Source: a virus (lineage: Duplodnaviria; Caudoviricetes). From it: a DNA stretch of 50,148 nt. Below are positions 37,987 to 47,397 of this stretch, in pieces; the first letter of the stretch is position 1; every line of letters begins with the position of its first letter. A program made the position numbers and the translations under genes. The DNA lies in IMG/VR virus record IMGVR_UViG_3300025030_001570, positions 1-50,148 of that record; one strand, given 5' to 3'. Below the pieces are notes generated by a model that worked only from the letters and a program-made list of their open reading frames with translations, was not told the DNA's origin and did no database searches.

Positions 37987-38273
37987 TCTAATTCTTCTAG
38001 TTTTCCTTCTGATTCACCTTCTCCATAAAAGAAGTTTGGATTAGATACTTCTTTACCAATTCTAACATCGTATTCTCTTTTAACCTTTGCGTTGCTAATA
38101 GCCTTCTTAACTCTAGCCTCCCCAATCCTTTTGGCGGTTTCAATCATCATATCTTGAGCAGATTTGATTTTAGGTTCCGCCTTCTGTACTTTAATATCTG
38201 ATTTTTCTTCTTTTTCAGAAGGTATAAACTCGGCTACCAGATCTTCAAATGTCTTTTCAGCCAGTGAGATCAT
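37983..38273 (-). CDS. Hypothetical protein
   Basis: 96-aa ORF overlapping both neighbours. Confidence 0.6.
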   Translation of the reverse strand: MISLAEKTFEDLVAEFIPSEKEEKSDIKVQKAEPKIKSAQDMMIETAKRIGEARVKKAISNAKVKREYDVRIGKEVSNPNFFYGEGESEGKLEELE

Positions 38274-38697
38274 TTGGGTGTTTCACTCCTGTGTGTAAAC
38301 CAAGTTGATTCATACCACGAAAGCTCTGACCGCAGCGTTTACAACGAATTTCTCCTGCCTCTTTCTTGACTTCTTCTGCTGGTGGCATCATTTCTTTTAC
38401 CGCCTTACTAACCACATTTTTCTCACTTAAAAACTCATATCTATCAAGAAGAATATTGGCAATATAGTCTTCAAACTCTGCCGCTTGACCACGAAGCAAA
38501 GTAAATTCCAGTGTACGACCAGTAGTACGGTAAGTACCAGCGGCATTATCCCATATAGGGTTCCCCGTTGCATCTAAAGCGGCTTCGGCGATTGGATAGT
38601 CGACAACATCTTCAGTATCCCGTTCGACTGGTCTGTTCTGAGAATCCCTAACTGCATAATTTGTAAACCGCTTTGGGTTTATCAGTACCTTTGACAT
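38257..38697 (-). CDS. Protein with C-terminal C2H2 zinc finger
   Basis: CKRC...F.....L..HTGVKH. Confidence 0.7.
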   Translation of the reverse strand: MSKVLINPKRFTNYAVRDSQNRPVERDTEDVVDYPIAEAALDATGNPIWDNAAGTYRTTGRTLEFTLLRGQAAEFEDYIANILLDRYEFLSEKNVVSKAVKEMMPPAEEVKKEAGEIRCKRCGQSFRGMNQLGLHTGVKHPNDLTG

Positions 38698-38957
38698 TAG
38701 CCTCCTTTCTGGGTTTCAATAGCCCTAAATATCCTACCTTTTAATGATCTCATATGGTAGTAATATTTCTTAGGTTCTACCGCAATCTTATCTGTATTAA
38801 ACATATCAACTAATTCCCCGATCTTGGAATCATTAACGAAAATGAAATTGTACCTGCCTGGAATATCTGTAGGCTGAATATCTTTCAATTTGAAATCTAA
38901 AGTTTCGAGGGTAGAAGCTAAGATTAAATCTGCGGTAACGAAATTTTCATTTTTCAT
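38697..38957 (-). CDS. Small phage protein, DUF5659-like (recalled, unverified)
   Basis: TADLILASTL...FIF...VEPKKYY...LKGRI pattern. Confidence 0.5.
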   Translation of the reverse strand: MKNENFVTADLILASTLETLDFKLKDIQPTDIPGRYNFIFVNDSKIGELVDMFNTDKIAVEPKKYYYHMRSLKGRIFRAIETQKGG

Positions 38958-38975
38958 ACTTAATTATCTCTTTTA

Positions 38976-39377
38976 CTATCTCTGAACTACTAAGTAACCA
39001 TCAATAGTACCAACACCAATGACGGTCTCAATTCTAGCCCGTGCGTATTTGGCGGGGAGACCTACAGTAGTATTAGTGTTCCCATCCAAAGCATCACTTG
39101 TAACCACCTGATAGGCTGTAGAAGCCGCCGACGTGGTTACACTATCCACCTTTAACCATGGGCCAGAAGAAGTCATTGCGACCTCAAGCTGAACTACCCC
39201 TGCATTAACACCTACTCCAGTTTCCACAAAAAGAGAAACTGATCGGGCGTTTCTAATATCAATAGCGGGAGAAGTTGTTTCATCAGTAGAGGCGTTATCA
39301 AAGACTTTATGGGCTTCCCACTCTCTTTGAACGGAACCTGGTTGAGATTCGGAACTAGTAACGTCTACATCGGCCAT
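38976..39377 (-). CDS. Probable virion structural protein (beta-sandwich)
   Basis: Beta-rich, VQLEV...W...KYARAR; in the head module. Confidence 0.55.
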   Translation of the reverse strand: MADVDVTSSESQPGSVQREWEAHKVFDNASTDETTSPAIDIRNARSVSLFVETGVGVNAGVVQLEVAMTSSGPWLKVDSVTTSAASTAYQVVTSDALDGNTNTTVGLPAKYARARIETVIGVGTIDGYLVVQR

Positions 39378-39408
39378 ATATTTAGTATAACATAACTGCT
39401 AACTTGCT

Positions 39409-39732
39409 TTAACCTGTGGTTGTGCTGGAAGATGAAGTGGATGAACTACTTGTACTTGAAGATGTAGAAGTAGAACTAGAAGTACTAGATGAAGTACTAG
39501 ATGACGAAGATGTAGTAGAACTTGTAGTAGTAGTAACCAAAGAACTATATTTCCACCCAGAGGTTGTACCATCTGTGTTTATATAAAGACGGTTGTTAGT
39601 TGTATCAAGAAATAGATCACCAGTTTCAGTATCATCACTGGAAGTAATGAAGGTGTTAGGATGTCCCGCACCGCTTCGGATGTTTCCTGCTAAACTGCTG
39701 TAATGTGTATCTTGTCTATCAAATCCTGCCAT
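39409..39732 (-). CDS. Capsid decoration-like protein with a 40-aa Ser/Thr tail
   Basis: GAGHP...GDLFLDTTNNRLYIN..GT...W domain followed by an S/T tract. Confidence 0.7.
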   Translation of the reverse strand: MAGFDRQDTHYSSLAGNIRSGAGHPNTFITSSDDTETGDLFLDTTNNRLYINTDGTTSGWKYSSLVTTTTSSTTSSSSSTSSSTSSSTSTSSSTSSSSTSSSSTTTG

Positions 39733-39739
39733 ATTACTC

Positions 39740-39943
39740 CTAAGTTAAACTAATGTATCTCCAAGTGTGGGCAGTACCGCCCACGTTTACCCAAATTCTT
39801 TCGTTAGTCCCATCATACGTTACTGCACCAACAATATGCTCAGTCGGCTCAGTAAGAGTGGTGCGAGGAACCCCTGCGATCCTTCTCACCGTTCCCGCTA
39901 AGTTACTAACGTGTGTATCTGTTCTAAAATGCTTACTTGCCAT
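39740..39943 (-). CDS. Capsid decoration-like protein, tail-less paralogue
   Basis: Start MASKHF; aligns by eye with 39409..39732. Confidence 0.65.
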   Translation of the reverse strand: MASKHFRTDTHVSNLAGTVRRIAGVPRTTLTEPTEHIVGAVTYDGTNERIWVNVGGTAHTWRYISLT

Positions 39944-40028
39944 ATTATTCCTTCTACTAAAAATGGGAGCCATCCAGGAGCCTACGAGTACGCTCCGTGC
40001 TCCCACATTAGCTATAGCACAATATTAT

Positions 40029-40949
40029 TTAGCTAGAGTACGCTCCGCCATCACCCTTTGATCCCCATGAGGATCTCCAGTCACTCCAACCGAAGCTAAA
40101 TCTTTCTCTAACTTTCCAAAGTGCTGCATCTGAGTCAAAACTGTTATCTTGTTTAAATTGAGGTCTCACTCTCCAATTCCAAGTAATTAAATGATCGCCT
40201 TTGCTGCCGAGTAAAAACCAAGCAGTAGTACTGGTTATAAACTCCCATTCAACTATGCTAAATTTACCTGCGTAGACATTAACATCATTGTCAGCTGTAC
40301 CACTTCTTAGATTGCTGCCAACAATTATCTGTGCTGTCTTACCAAGATCGATTGGAACAAGCAATGTCTTGGGAGTGGTCATTATCCTTTGACCTTTGTC
40401 ATCAAGCTGTTTTCTAAAAGCAATTCTAGCTGTTTCAAGGTTTGTTTCAGTTAAAGTAATACCAGTTGCAGAAGCGTTACTTTGAGCCGTTCCACCATCT
40501 ACTCTGGTATGCGAAGTTGAAGCAAGTGGCTTTCCATCTCCGTAAGAAGTATTTGCTGTAGTAAAGGCGTTATTGTAAACACTGGCTCCGTAAAATTCTT
40601 CAGTCCTTCTGGTAGATCTTGCCAATGCTTCAGGAAGTCTCCTGATGGTATTCTTTTGGTCATCTTCAACTAACTCTTGTGAAATCTTAATACCCTTAGT
40701 ATATTTCTTGTGGGTATATGTAGTTTTAAATATTTGTAAAGCGTCTTCGTAGTCCAATGCTCCGAGTTCTGAAGTCTCAGTCAATAGACCTAATCCAGTT
40801 ATACCAGAGTCTTCCTCAATGTTTCGGTCAGAAGTCTGGTCATTGAAGACATTTGGTCGTACTGCTGGTTCCAGCTCGTATCGGTCATAGAAGACCGTTC
40901 GTATTGCTGGATCTAATGTGTCTGCAAAGTTACCTCGGATCATTGCCAT
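40029..40949 (-). CDS. Major capsid protein (HK97 fold, Mu gpT-like family)
   Basis: 306 aa; S.R..EE...G.G...E, ISQELVEDD, GDGKPL.S.SH, AWFL, RERFSFGWSDWR. Confidence 0.85.
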   Translation of the reverse strand: MAMIRGNFADTLDPAIRTVFYDRYELEPAVRPNVFNDQTSDRNIEEDSGITGLGLLTETSELGALDYEDALQIFKTTYTHKKYTKGIKISQELVEDDQKNTIRRLPEALARSTRRTEEFYGASVYNNAFTTANTSYGDGKPLASTSHTRVDGGTAQSNASATGITLTETNLETARIAFRKQLDDKGQRIMTTPKTLLVPIDLGKTAQIIVGSNLRSGTADNDVNVYAGKFSIVEWEFITSTTAWFLLGSKGDHLITWNWRVRPQFKQDNSFDSDAALWKVRERFSFGWSDWRSSWGSKGDGGAYSS

Positions 40950-40957
40950 AATTTATA

Positions 40958-41512
40958 TTAAGCCGCCTCGATACCACTGGTATCTTGCGTGCCTCCTCCT
41001 GACTGTGCCCAAAATGATTCTGCTATTTGGAAAAGCCCTTTAGAGGCATCTCCATCACCATCTGGATCAATTTCTATTAAACGTACTGTGTCTACAACGG
41101 TGTCACTTCCAGTTGTAAGATCAACATCATTTTCATCATTAACTGGGAAGTACATAAACAGTTTTGCTACAGTAACATCCGCATCACCATCATTGTAGAA
41201 AAGATAATTAGGTAAAGCTGGAATATAGTGAACCTTGAGATTCTTAGTTGCGTCTGAAACATTACTAGAAGCCATTGTCCAAGTATCAGTGGTTCCTGAG
41301 TCTGGAGCTACAGGAGCACCATCTTTGGTAGTAACACTAGTTACAACCCCAAGAACCAAATCACCCGCCGTAACAAGAGAGGCTTGACCTGCGTTGTTAA
41401 TACGAATTAAGTCCCCTACTGAGAAAACCACTGAGGCCGCACCAACTAGATTCTTATTTACTGGTGCTTGATTTGAACCGTCTATATTCTTTCTGTAACT
41501 AAATCCTGCCAT
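40958..41512 (-). CDS. Capsid cement / auxiliary protein
   Basis: MAGF start after GGAG; F.VGD.I...G, GVV; lies between scaffold and MCP. Confidence 0.65.
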   Translation of the reverse strand: MAGFSYRKNIDGSNQAPVNKNLVGAASVVFSVGDLIRINNAGQASLVTAGDLVLGVVTSVTTKDGAPVAPDSGTTDTWTMASSNVSDATKNLKVHYIPALPNYLFYNDGDADVTVAKLFMYFPVNDENDVDLTTGSDTVVDTVRLIEIDPDGDGDASKGLFQIAESFWAQSGGGTQDTSGIEAA

Positions 41513-41606
41513 AAAGTTCTCCGTAATAAAAATGCAGAACCGAAGTTCTACATTTTCATTTTTCATATTGTCTTATTTTAAGTATAACACACTGTCAATA
41601 GGGGTT

Positions 41607-42365
41607 CTACTCAGGATGTTTTTTCAGGGCATCTTTAATCTTATCTTCATTAACACCAAGCTTCTTAGCCCAATCTTTCTGCTCGATAGATAAATCAACA
41701 GTTCCTTCTTCTAAACTAGATGAACCACCCCCCTGACTTGGTATCTGACTTTGCAGGTTGGTCATAGTCTGAGCCGCCCCTTCCGCTCTGGCATTACCCA
41801 AAGCCTTATCTGGGAATGCTCTCTGATAAGCCGTATCAAGTTGAGCTGGTAACAAATCCAGCGGTGAACTCCTAACATCAATACCAATTTTAGTTAGTTG
41901 CTCGCCAATCTTTTTGTGAGTTTCCAATGCCTCAGTTTCATTTATATTATACCGCTTATCAAATTCTTCAATAGCTTTCAATCTTAACATCTGTTCCATT
42001 TCCGACAATCTCGGATCGGTTACTGATTGTGGCTGTTCTGCCTGTTTATTATCCTGCACTTGTCCTCCTCCGTATTTTTGCTCAACTAATTTCTGAATAT
42101 CTGGATCAGAATAAACCGCATTGAGAAGAGCGTTGGCATTTGACATAAAAGTCTCCATCTGACCTAGTTTATCACCTTGCTCCCCCAATTTCTTCTGCAA
42201 CTCATCATAAGATTTTGCCAATTCCTCTTGGTTCTTAAATTTATCCGTGGTGTCTTTTTCACCACTAGCGGTTTCAGTCTTGGAATCCTTTACTTCTGCG
42301 GTTGTATTTTCTGAAGAAGTCTGAGAAGTATTCTCATCTTTTTTTACATCTTTTGCTTCTGCCAT
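41607..42365 (-). CDS. Capsid scaffolding protein
   Basis: Acidic coiled coil, KFKN.EELAKSY.EL.KKLG, C-terminal LS.EQK.WAKKLGV. Confidence 0.75.
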   Translation of the reverse strand: MAEAKDVKKDENTSQTSSENTTAEVKDSKTETASGEKDTTDKFKNQEELAKSYDELQKKLGEQGDKLGQMETFMSNANALLNAVYSDPDIQKLVEQKYGGGQVQDNKQAEQPQSVTDPRLSEMEQMLRLKAIEEFDKRYNINETEALETHKKIGEQLTKIGIDVRSSPLDLLPAQLDTAYQRAFPDKALGNARAEGAAQTMTNLQSQIPSQGGGSSSLEEGTVDLSIEQKDWAKKLGVNEDKIKDALKKHPE

Positions 42366-42428
42366 TTTTTCTGCCGCCTCCTTTGGTCGGCTGTGGGCTG
42401 ATTGGCTAAATCAGTTGTCCTCAATATG

Positions 42429-42470
42429 AGTATAACACAATACTTGACAAATAAACAAAAATGATATAGT
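42429..42470. promoter_or_regulatory. Divergent promoter pair between the scaffold operon (-) and the terminase operon (+)
   Basis: - strand TGTTATACT at 42429-42437; + strand TTGACA at 42444 and TGATATAGT at 42462-42470. Confidence 0.55.
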
Positions 42471-42480
42471 TTTAGTTAAA

Positions 42481-42759
42481 GTGATACAGAAGCCGTCAAT
42501 GACGCATCCGTGGCGACAGTACGCTAACCGCCCTAAACCCAATGGGGAGATAAAAAAGTCCCTGAAACCCCTCAAAATGTTCCTTGCTGAAATCACAGAA
42601 ACTTGGTCAAAACAGGAATTGGCCGTTAGATACAATGGCCGATTTGACCGCTATTCTTTCACCCAATTACCAGATAAGATAATCGCCAACTGGATCAACC
42701 ACTTATTGAGGAGGTACATCGATGTCAATTCCGAAGAAGAGACCTTTGATGAAATTTGA
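42481..42759 (+). CDS. Hypothetical protein
   Basis: 92-aa ORF. Confidence 0.55.
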   Translation: MIQKPSMTHPWRQYANRPKPNGEIKKSLKPLKMFLAEITETWSKQELAVRYNGRFDRYSFTQLPDKIIANWINHLLRRYIDVNSEEETFDEI

Positions 42760-43279
42760 GATAAAACAGGAAGAAAAGAGGAAATTCCACGAAAAAGCCG
42801 AGGAAATTCTTACTACGGGGGATGAATCAAGAAAAAAAGGCTTAAAAGCCGTTGCCGAACTAGAAAAACAAAAGATTAAGACCGAAACCGACAAATTAGC
42901 TGAACGCTTTGAAAAATCAGCAAAAAAACGCAAATTTGACGATCTTGGGTATTTAAAATCCCTAAGAGAAGCCGCCCAAGACTATATTTTAACTATTGAC
43001 CCAACCGATTACCCAAATTGGCAACTCAAGCTGTATATAACCAAAGGAGATCCAATTCTGGTAGGCAAAAGATGGTTTAAAACACAAAGAGGGCTTTTGG
43101 CAATATTGATTTCACCTAAAAACGATCACTACGCCAAAGGAATGACCGCTACATTCGATCCAACCGTTGATGTAATGGGGGCAAGAGGGCTAGGAATAGC
43201 TATTGAAGACACTTTAGATTTTTTTACAGGTAAAATGACAGCAAAAGAACCTAAATTATGGACATCAGACAAGAATTGA
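42722..43279 (+). CDS. Hypothetical protein upstream of TerL
   Basis: 185-aa ORF with GGAGGT SD; overlaps the TerL start. Confidence 0.7.
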   Translation: MSIPKKRPLMKFEIKQEEKRKFHEKAEEILTTGDESRKKGLKAVAELEKQKIKTETDKLAERFEKSAKKRKFDDLGYLKSLREAAQDYILTIDPTDYPNWQLKLYITKGDPILVGKRWFKTQRGLLAILISPKNDHYAKGMTATFDPTVDVMGARGLGIAIEDTLDFFTGKMTAKEPKLWTSDKN

Positions 43280-44745
43280 TTGAAGGAATAAATACTGGAA
43301 AAGCTCTTAATCGTGATTTAAACAGAAGTTACTACAAATATGATTTCTATGGCTTCAGCAAGGAAGTTGTTGGCTGGAAAGACATCTACGAGCCACTCCA
43401 TAAGCCACTTTGCAACTTTATAACCGATAATGTTAAGAAGAAACAACTCCTAATTGAACTTCCCAGAGGTACTTTTAAAAGTTCTATCGTTACCATCGGC
43501 TACTCTTTGTGGAAAATAGCCAATAATCCCAATATCCGTATCTTAATTGTTAATGCCACCTATCCAATGGTAACCAAGTTTATCTCCCAGACACAGGATA
43601 ATCTGAAAAAGAATCCCCGAATCCTGCAAATCTATGGTGAGCTGGCTAAAGATGCCGAAATCTGGAATGAAAATACTATCAAATTGAAAACAGATAAAAG
43701 TTTTGAGACCAAAGAACCGACAGTTTTCGGTTATGGAATGACTGGAAATCTAGTTTCTACCCATTTCGATCTAATAATTCTGGATGACTTGGTAAACTGG
43801 GATAACACCACCACCAGAGACCAAATCCAAAAGGTAATCAGCTTCTACAGAACCACTCTTGACCTTCTTGAACCCAAAGGAGAACTTATTATAATTGGTA
43901 CGCCATACAACTACTCTGATTTATACTCTTGGATTGAAGATCCTGAAAACAATATCTTAGACAAGTTTGCCGTTTTCAAGAAAGCAGCCTACGAAGGAGA
44001 CTGGAAAGAGGGTAACTTACTTTTCCCCGAAAGATTAAGCTGGAATAGACTGGAGGAGTTGAGAGTATTGGAAGGCCCTTCCCACTGGAGTTCCCAATAT
44101 ATGCTTGAACCAGTCCTAGATGAAGATGCAATTTTTAAATATGACTTCAAGTATTACGAAGAAGAAGATTTAAAAGGTGTAGAAGTCCTAACCTTTATGA
44201 CTGTAGACCCTGCTATATCCGCCTCAAAAGACGCTGACAAAACTGCTTTCGTGGTTATCTCAGTTGATAAGGAAAATAACTGGTACATCAGAGATATACG
44301 GACTGGCAGGTATGGAGTGATGGAACTGATCCGTGAGCTTTTCTATATGGATGAGAAATGGAAGCCAATATCAATAGGGATTGAGGTGGTTGCCTATCAA
44401 AAAGCATTGTCTACTTTCATTCAAGAAGAAGTTAAAAGGGGCAGAAAAGCACCTTTGCCGATCAAGGAACTTAAACCAGAAACAAGTCGAACTACTGGTT
44501 TGTCTGAACCCAAACAGTATCGTATTCAATCGCTTGAACCAAGATACGCCAGCGGTAAAATCTACCATCTCAAAACACTAAGAGAAACGGCTGATCTTGA
44601 AGATCAGCTAAGAAGGTTTCCAAGAACACCACATGACGATATTATTGACGCTTTAGCCTACATGGAACAATTAGCTTTTCAGCCAAGAATAAAAGATAGG
44701 CGGGGCGAGTTTGAGTCTCAGACAGGAAAGAAATGGCTGTACTAA
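43258..44745 (+). CDS. terL: Terminase large subunit
   Basis: PRGTFKS Walker A, LIILDD Walker B, IGTP, VDPA nuclease Asp, HDDIIDALAY. Confidence 0.95.
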   Translation: MDIRQELIEGINTGKALNRDLNRSYYKYDFYGFSKEVVGWKDIYEPLHKPLCNFITDNVKKKQLLIELPRGTFKSSIVTIGYSLWKIANNPNIRILIVNATYPMVTKFISQTQDNLKKNPRILQIYGELAKDAEIWNENTIKLKTDKSFETKEPTVFGYGMTGNLVSTHFDLIILDDLVNWDNTTTRDQIQKVISFYRTTLDLLEPKGELIIIGTPYNYSDLYSWIEDPENNILDKFAVFKKAAYEGDWKEGNLLFPERLSWNRLEELRVLEGPSHWSSQYMLEPVLDEDAIFKYDFKYYEEEDLKGVEVLTFMTVDPAISASKDADKTAFVVISVDKENNWYIRDIRTGRYGVMELIRELFYMDEKWKPISIGIEVVAYQKALSTFIQEEVKRGRKAPLPIKELKPETSRTTGLSEPKQYRIQSLEPRYASGKIYHLKTLRETADLEDQLRRFPRTPHDDIIDALAYMEQLAFQPRIKDRRGEFESQTGKKWLY

Positions 44746-44760
44746 TGTTATACTTAAAAT

Positions 44761-46944
44761 ATGGCTGATTTAATAGAAGGAAATCCAAACGCCGAGATCA
44801 GAGCGGCGTATAAGCCTAGTGAAAAAGAACACGGTCTTTTAAGATTTGTCTATCAACGATATTCAGACATGAAAGCGACTAGGAGTAAGTTTGAACCGAT
44901 ATGGGATAGGCACGAAAAACAATGGGAAGCCTGGCGACCACCAAAGAATATCAACGATTGGCAAAGCAATATAGTCCCACCTTTTACTACATCTATTGTA
45001 GAAGCAGAACTTTCCGAACTTATCGATCAAACATTACGCCCTAAGGCATCAGCACGAGGCCCAGAAGATAAGCCAAAAGCCACTGTTATCAATCACGTTA
45101 TGGAGTACACCTGGGAAGTTGGAGATGGTGATATTGAACTATATAAAGCCATCAAAGATGCTTTAGTTCTTGGTACTGGAATCGTTCAGGAATACTACTG
45201 GAAAGATGCTAGGCAAGTAAGAGTGTTGGTTAAATATGATCCCGAAAAGGGAGTTGAGGAGTACGAAGAGAAAGAGATCAACGATTTTGATGATGTATAT
45301 ATGGAAGCGGTTAAATTGCAAGATTTCTTTATTGATGAGAGCGCAAGAAGTATTAACCGTGGCCCATACAAAGCTAATGACTGTATCAGAAGATATATCT
45401 TGGACTTTGAGAAATTCAAAACTGTCTACAAGGGAAAAATATTTGATCCGCTTGATAATGCTAAATATGTTAAACCAGGCGGTGACACCAACTACTACGA
45501 GTTCTATCAGCCGCCAAAAGGTATCAATCAAAAAGAAATCGAAGTTCTTTGGTATTGGAGTAGAAACCCAGACAAATTGGTTATTACAGCCAATGACGTA
45601 GTTTTGCGTAATTCACCAAACCCATACAACCACAAACAGCTTCCTTTTGCCCAAGCGTTAGACGTTATGAGACCTCATCAATTCTATCACAAGGGTGAGC
45701 CAGAACTGCTTGAGTCAATCCAAGACGAGTTAACTACTATAAGGAGGCAGAGGATCGACAGATCACATCTTGATATAGATAAGGTATTCTTAGTCTCAAA
45801 TAGAGAGGTTCTCACCGATCAGGATTTAATTACCGCACCGCATAAACCAATTTATGTTGATGATCCTATGGGATCAATAAAACCTTTGGAATACTCGGCA
45901 ACACCTCAGTCTGCGTATCTCGAAGAAGATAGACTGAAAGAAGATGGGGAAAGAGTTACTGGTATGGATGTACGAAGCCAGTCAGTTAGAGCCTCTGGGT
46001 CTGCCACTGAAGCTGCCATACTAAAGGAAGCGACTTTGAGACGTTTACGACTGAAGATATGGTTATTATCCAGAACCCTCTTAATGGAACAATCAAGACT
46101 AAGGGTTGCCAATATAATCCAGCATTATAGCCAGCCAAAACTACAATCTATCCTCGGTGCTAAAGAACCAGAATTGGCAAACGCCATTGCCGCTGGAAAT
46201 GTCAGATCGATAAACGGCCAGCAGTTTATTGAACAGCCAAGAACAATCAGAACCACTAATATCGAGCTGACAAGAGTTGGTGAGGGCGGTATCGAAGAAC
46301 GTGATAATAAGGGGGAAAACTTCTTTGATGTACTACCTGAAGATGTTATTCCAATCAAAGGTGCTTTTGATCTTAAACTATCTGCTGAACCAACCTTTCC
46401 TGTTTCCAAGCCGCTACTTCAGCAAAAGGTTAATGAACTATTCCAGCATCCAATTATTCAGGCGGCCGTCCAGCAAGGCTTACTTGATCTAAAAAAGACT
46501 GCTTCCAAGATGCTGGAGATAAATGACTTTGATCCAGATGACTTTGAAGTTAGGGAAGAACCAGAAGCGGCTATCGATCCAGAACAGATGATTAGGATGG
46601 CAATGACTGAAAATGAACAAATGATGGAGGGTGATGAAATGCCTGGGACACCATTTGCCACATCAGACCATACGGAAATACATTTGAACTTTATGGGTAG
46701 TGAAGACTTCAAAAAAGCCTTCCGAACTAACCCAGGTATAGTCAATCTATTTGTCAGACATATCTTGTTTGAAGAGGCGGCTCAGCAAGAGAGACAGAAT
46801 CAACCAGCAGGACAACCTGGAACACCAACTCCCCCTGGCGGTGCGGGAAGCACGGCTGGAGGGGTTGGTGCTTCAGAAGCAGCTGCCGCCAATGCTCCCA
46901 GAGCAGTTGGCGAAACAGGTATGACTGAAGGCATCGCTGGATAA
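44761..46944 (+). CDS. Portal protein (P22-like size)
   Basis: 727 aa right after TerL; KDALVLGTG, FFID, NPY.H..LPF, G..E.L..IQDE, TATE-like SATEA. Confidence 0.85.
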   Translation: MADLIEGNPNAEIRAAYKPSEKEHGLLRFVYQRYSDMKATRSKFEPIWDRHEKQWEAWRPPKNINDWQSNIVPPFTTSIVEAELSELIDQTLRPKASARGPEDKPKATVINHVMEYTWEVGDGDIELYKAIKDALVLGTGIVQEYYWKDARQVRVLVKYDPEKGVEEYEEKEINDFDDVYMEAVKLQDFFIDESARSINRGPYKANDCIRRYILDFEKFKTVYKGKIFDPLDNAKYVKPGGDTNYYEFYQPPKGINQKEIEVLWYWSRNPDKLVITANDVVLRNSPNPYNHKQLPFAQALDVMRPHQFYHKGEPELLESIQDELTTIRRQRIDRSHLDIDKVFLVSNREVLTDQDLITAPHKPIYVDDPMGSIKPLEYSATPQSAYLEEDRLKEDGERVTGMDVRSQSVRASGSATEAAILKEATLRRLRLKIWLLSRTLLMEQSRLRVANIIQHYSQPKLQSILGAKEPELANAIAAGNVRSINGQQFIEQPRTIRTTNIELTRVGEGGIEERDNKGENFFDVLPEDVIPIKGAFDLKLSAEPTFPVSKPLLQQKVNELFQHPIIQAAVQQGLLDLKKTASKMLEINDFDPDDFEVREEPEAAIDPEQMIRMAMTENEQMMEGDEMPGTPFATSDHTEIHLNFMGSEDFKKAFRTNPGIVNLFVRHILFEEAAQQERQNQPAGQPGTPTPPGGAGSTAGGVGASEAAAANAPRAVGETGMTEGIAG

Positions 46945-46959
46945 AATGTAAAATGCAGT

Positions 46960-47241
46960 ATGGCAAAGAATAAATGGTCTGATAAAGTCAGCGGTATAAA
47001 AATAACCCTAGATGACCTAGAGGCTCTTTCCACGCTTTACGGTTCTCCGTATTTTCCTTTGATGAGCAGAATCGCTAATAAGATGGTAACGATGTGGAAA
47101 GATCAATCTTTTAAGCTGGACGAACTTGATCCTCATTTTCATCTCAAACACCAGCGATTCGTAGAAAGATCTCTTGGAATAAAAATGTTTTTAAGATTTA
47201 TTGAGGAATCCAGCAAAAAGCTGGAAAAGGAGGATGAATGA
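46960..47241 (+). CDS. Hypothetical protein after portal
   Basis: 93-aa helical ORF. Confidence 0.65.
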   Translation: MAKNKWSDKVSGIKITLDDLEALSTLYGSPYFPLMSRIANKMVTMWKDQSFKLDELDPHFHLKHQRFVERSLGIKMFLRFIEESSKKLEKEDE

Positions 47242-47381
47242 AACAATGCATTGATTGCGGCAATAGAGTTAAAAGTAAGTACAGCAGATGTCACCAATGC
47301 CGCCATCGTGAAGAAGCTAAACTACTGCGTTCCCCCTATCGGGAGAGAGGCTTAAACGCCAAGTCTCTCTTCAATCATTGA
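47238..47381 (+). CDS. Small Zn-ribbon protein, 47 aa
   Basis: MKQCIDCG...RCHQC; ATGA overlap; GGAGG SD. Confidence 0.55.
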   Translation: MKQCIDCGNRVKSKYSRCHQCRHREEAKLLRSPYRERGLNAKSLFNH

Positions 47382-47397
47382 GTTATACTTATAGTAT

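Noticed and set aside
41513-41566. Upstream MKNENV start sharing ATGAAAAATGAAAAT with the 38957 start
   Set aside because: AT-rich low-complexity match; the GGAG-preceded MAGF start at 41512 is more plausible, and chance cannot be excluded
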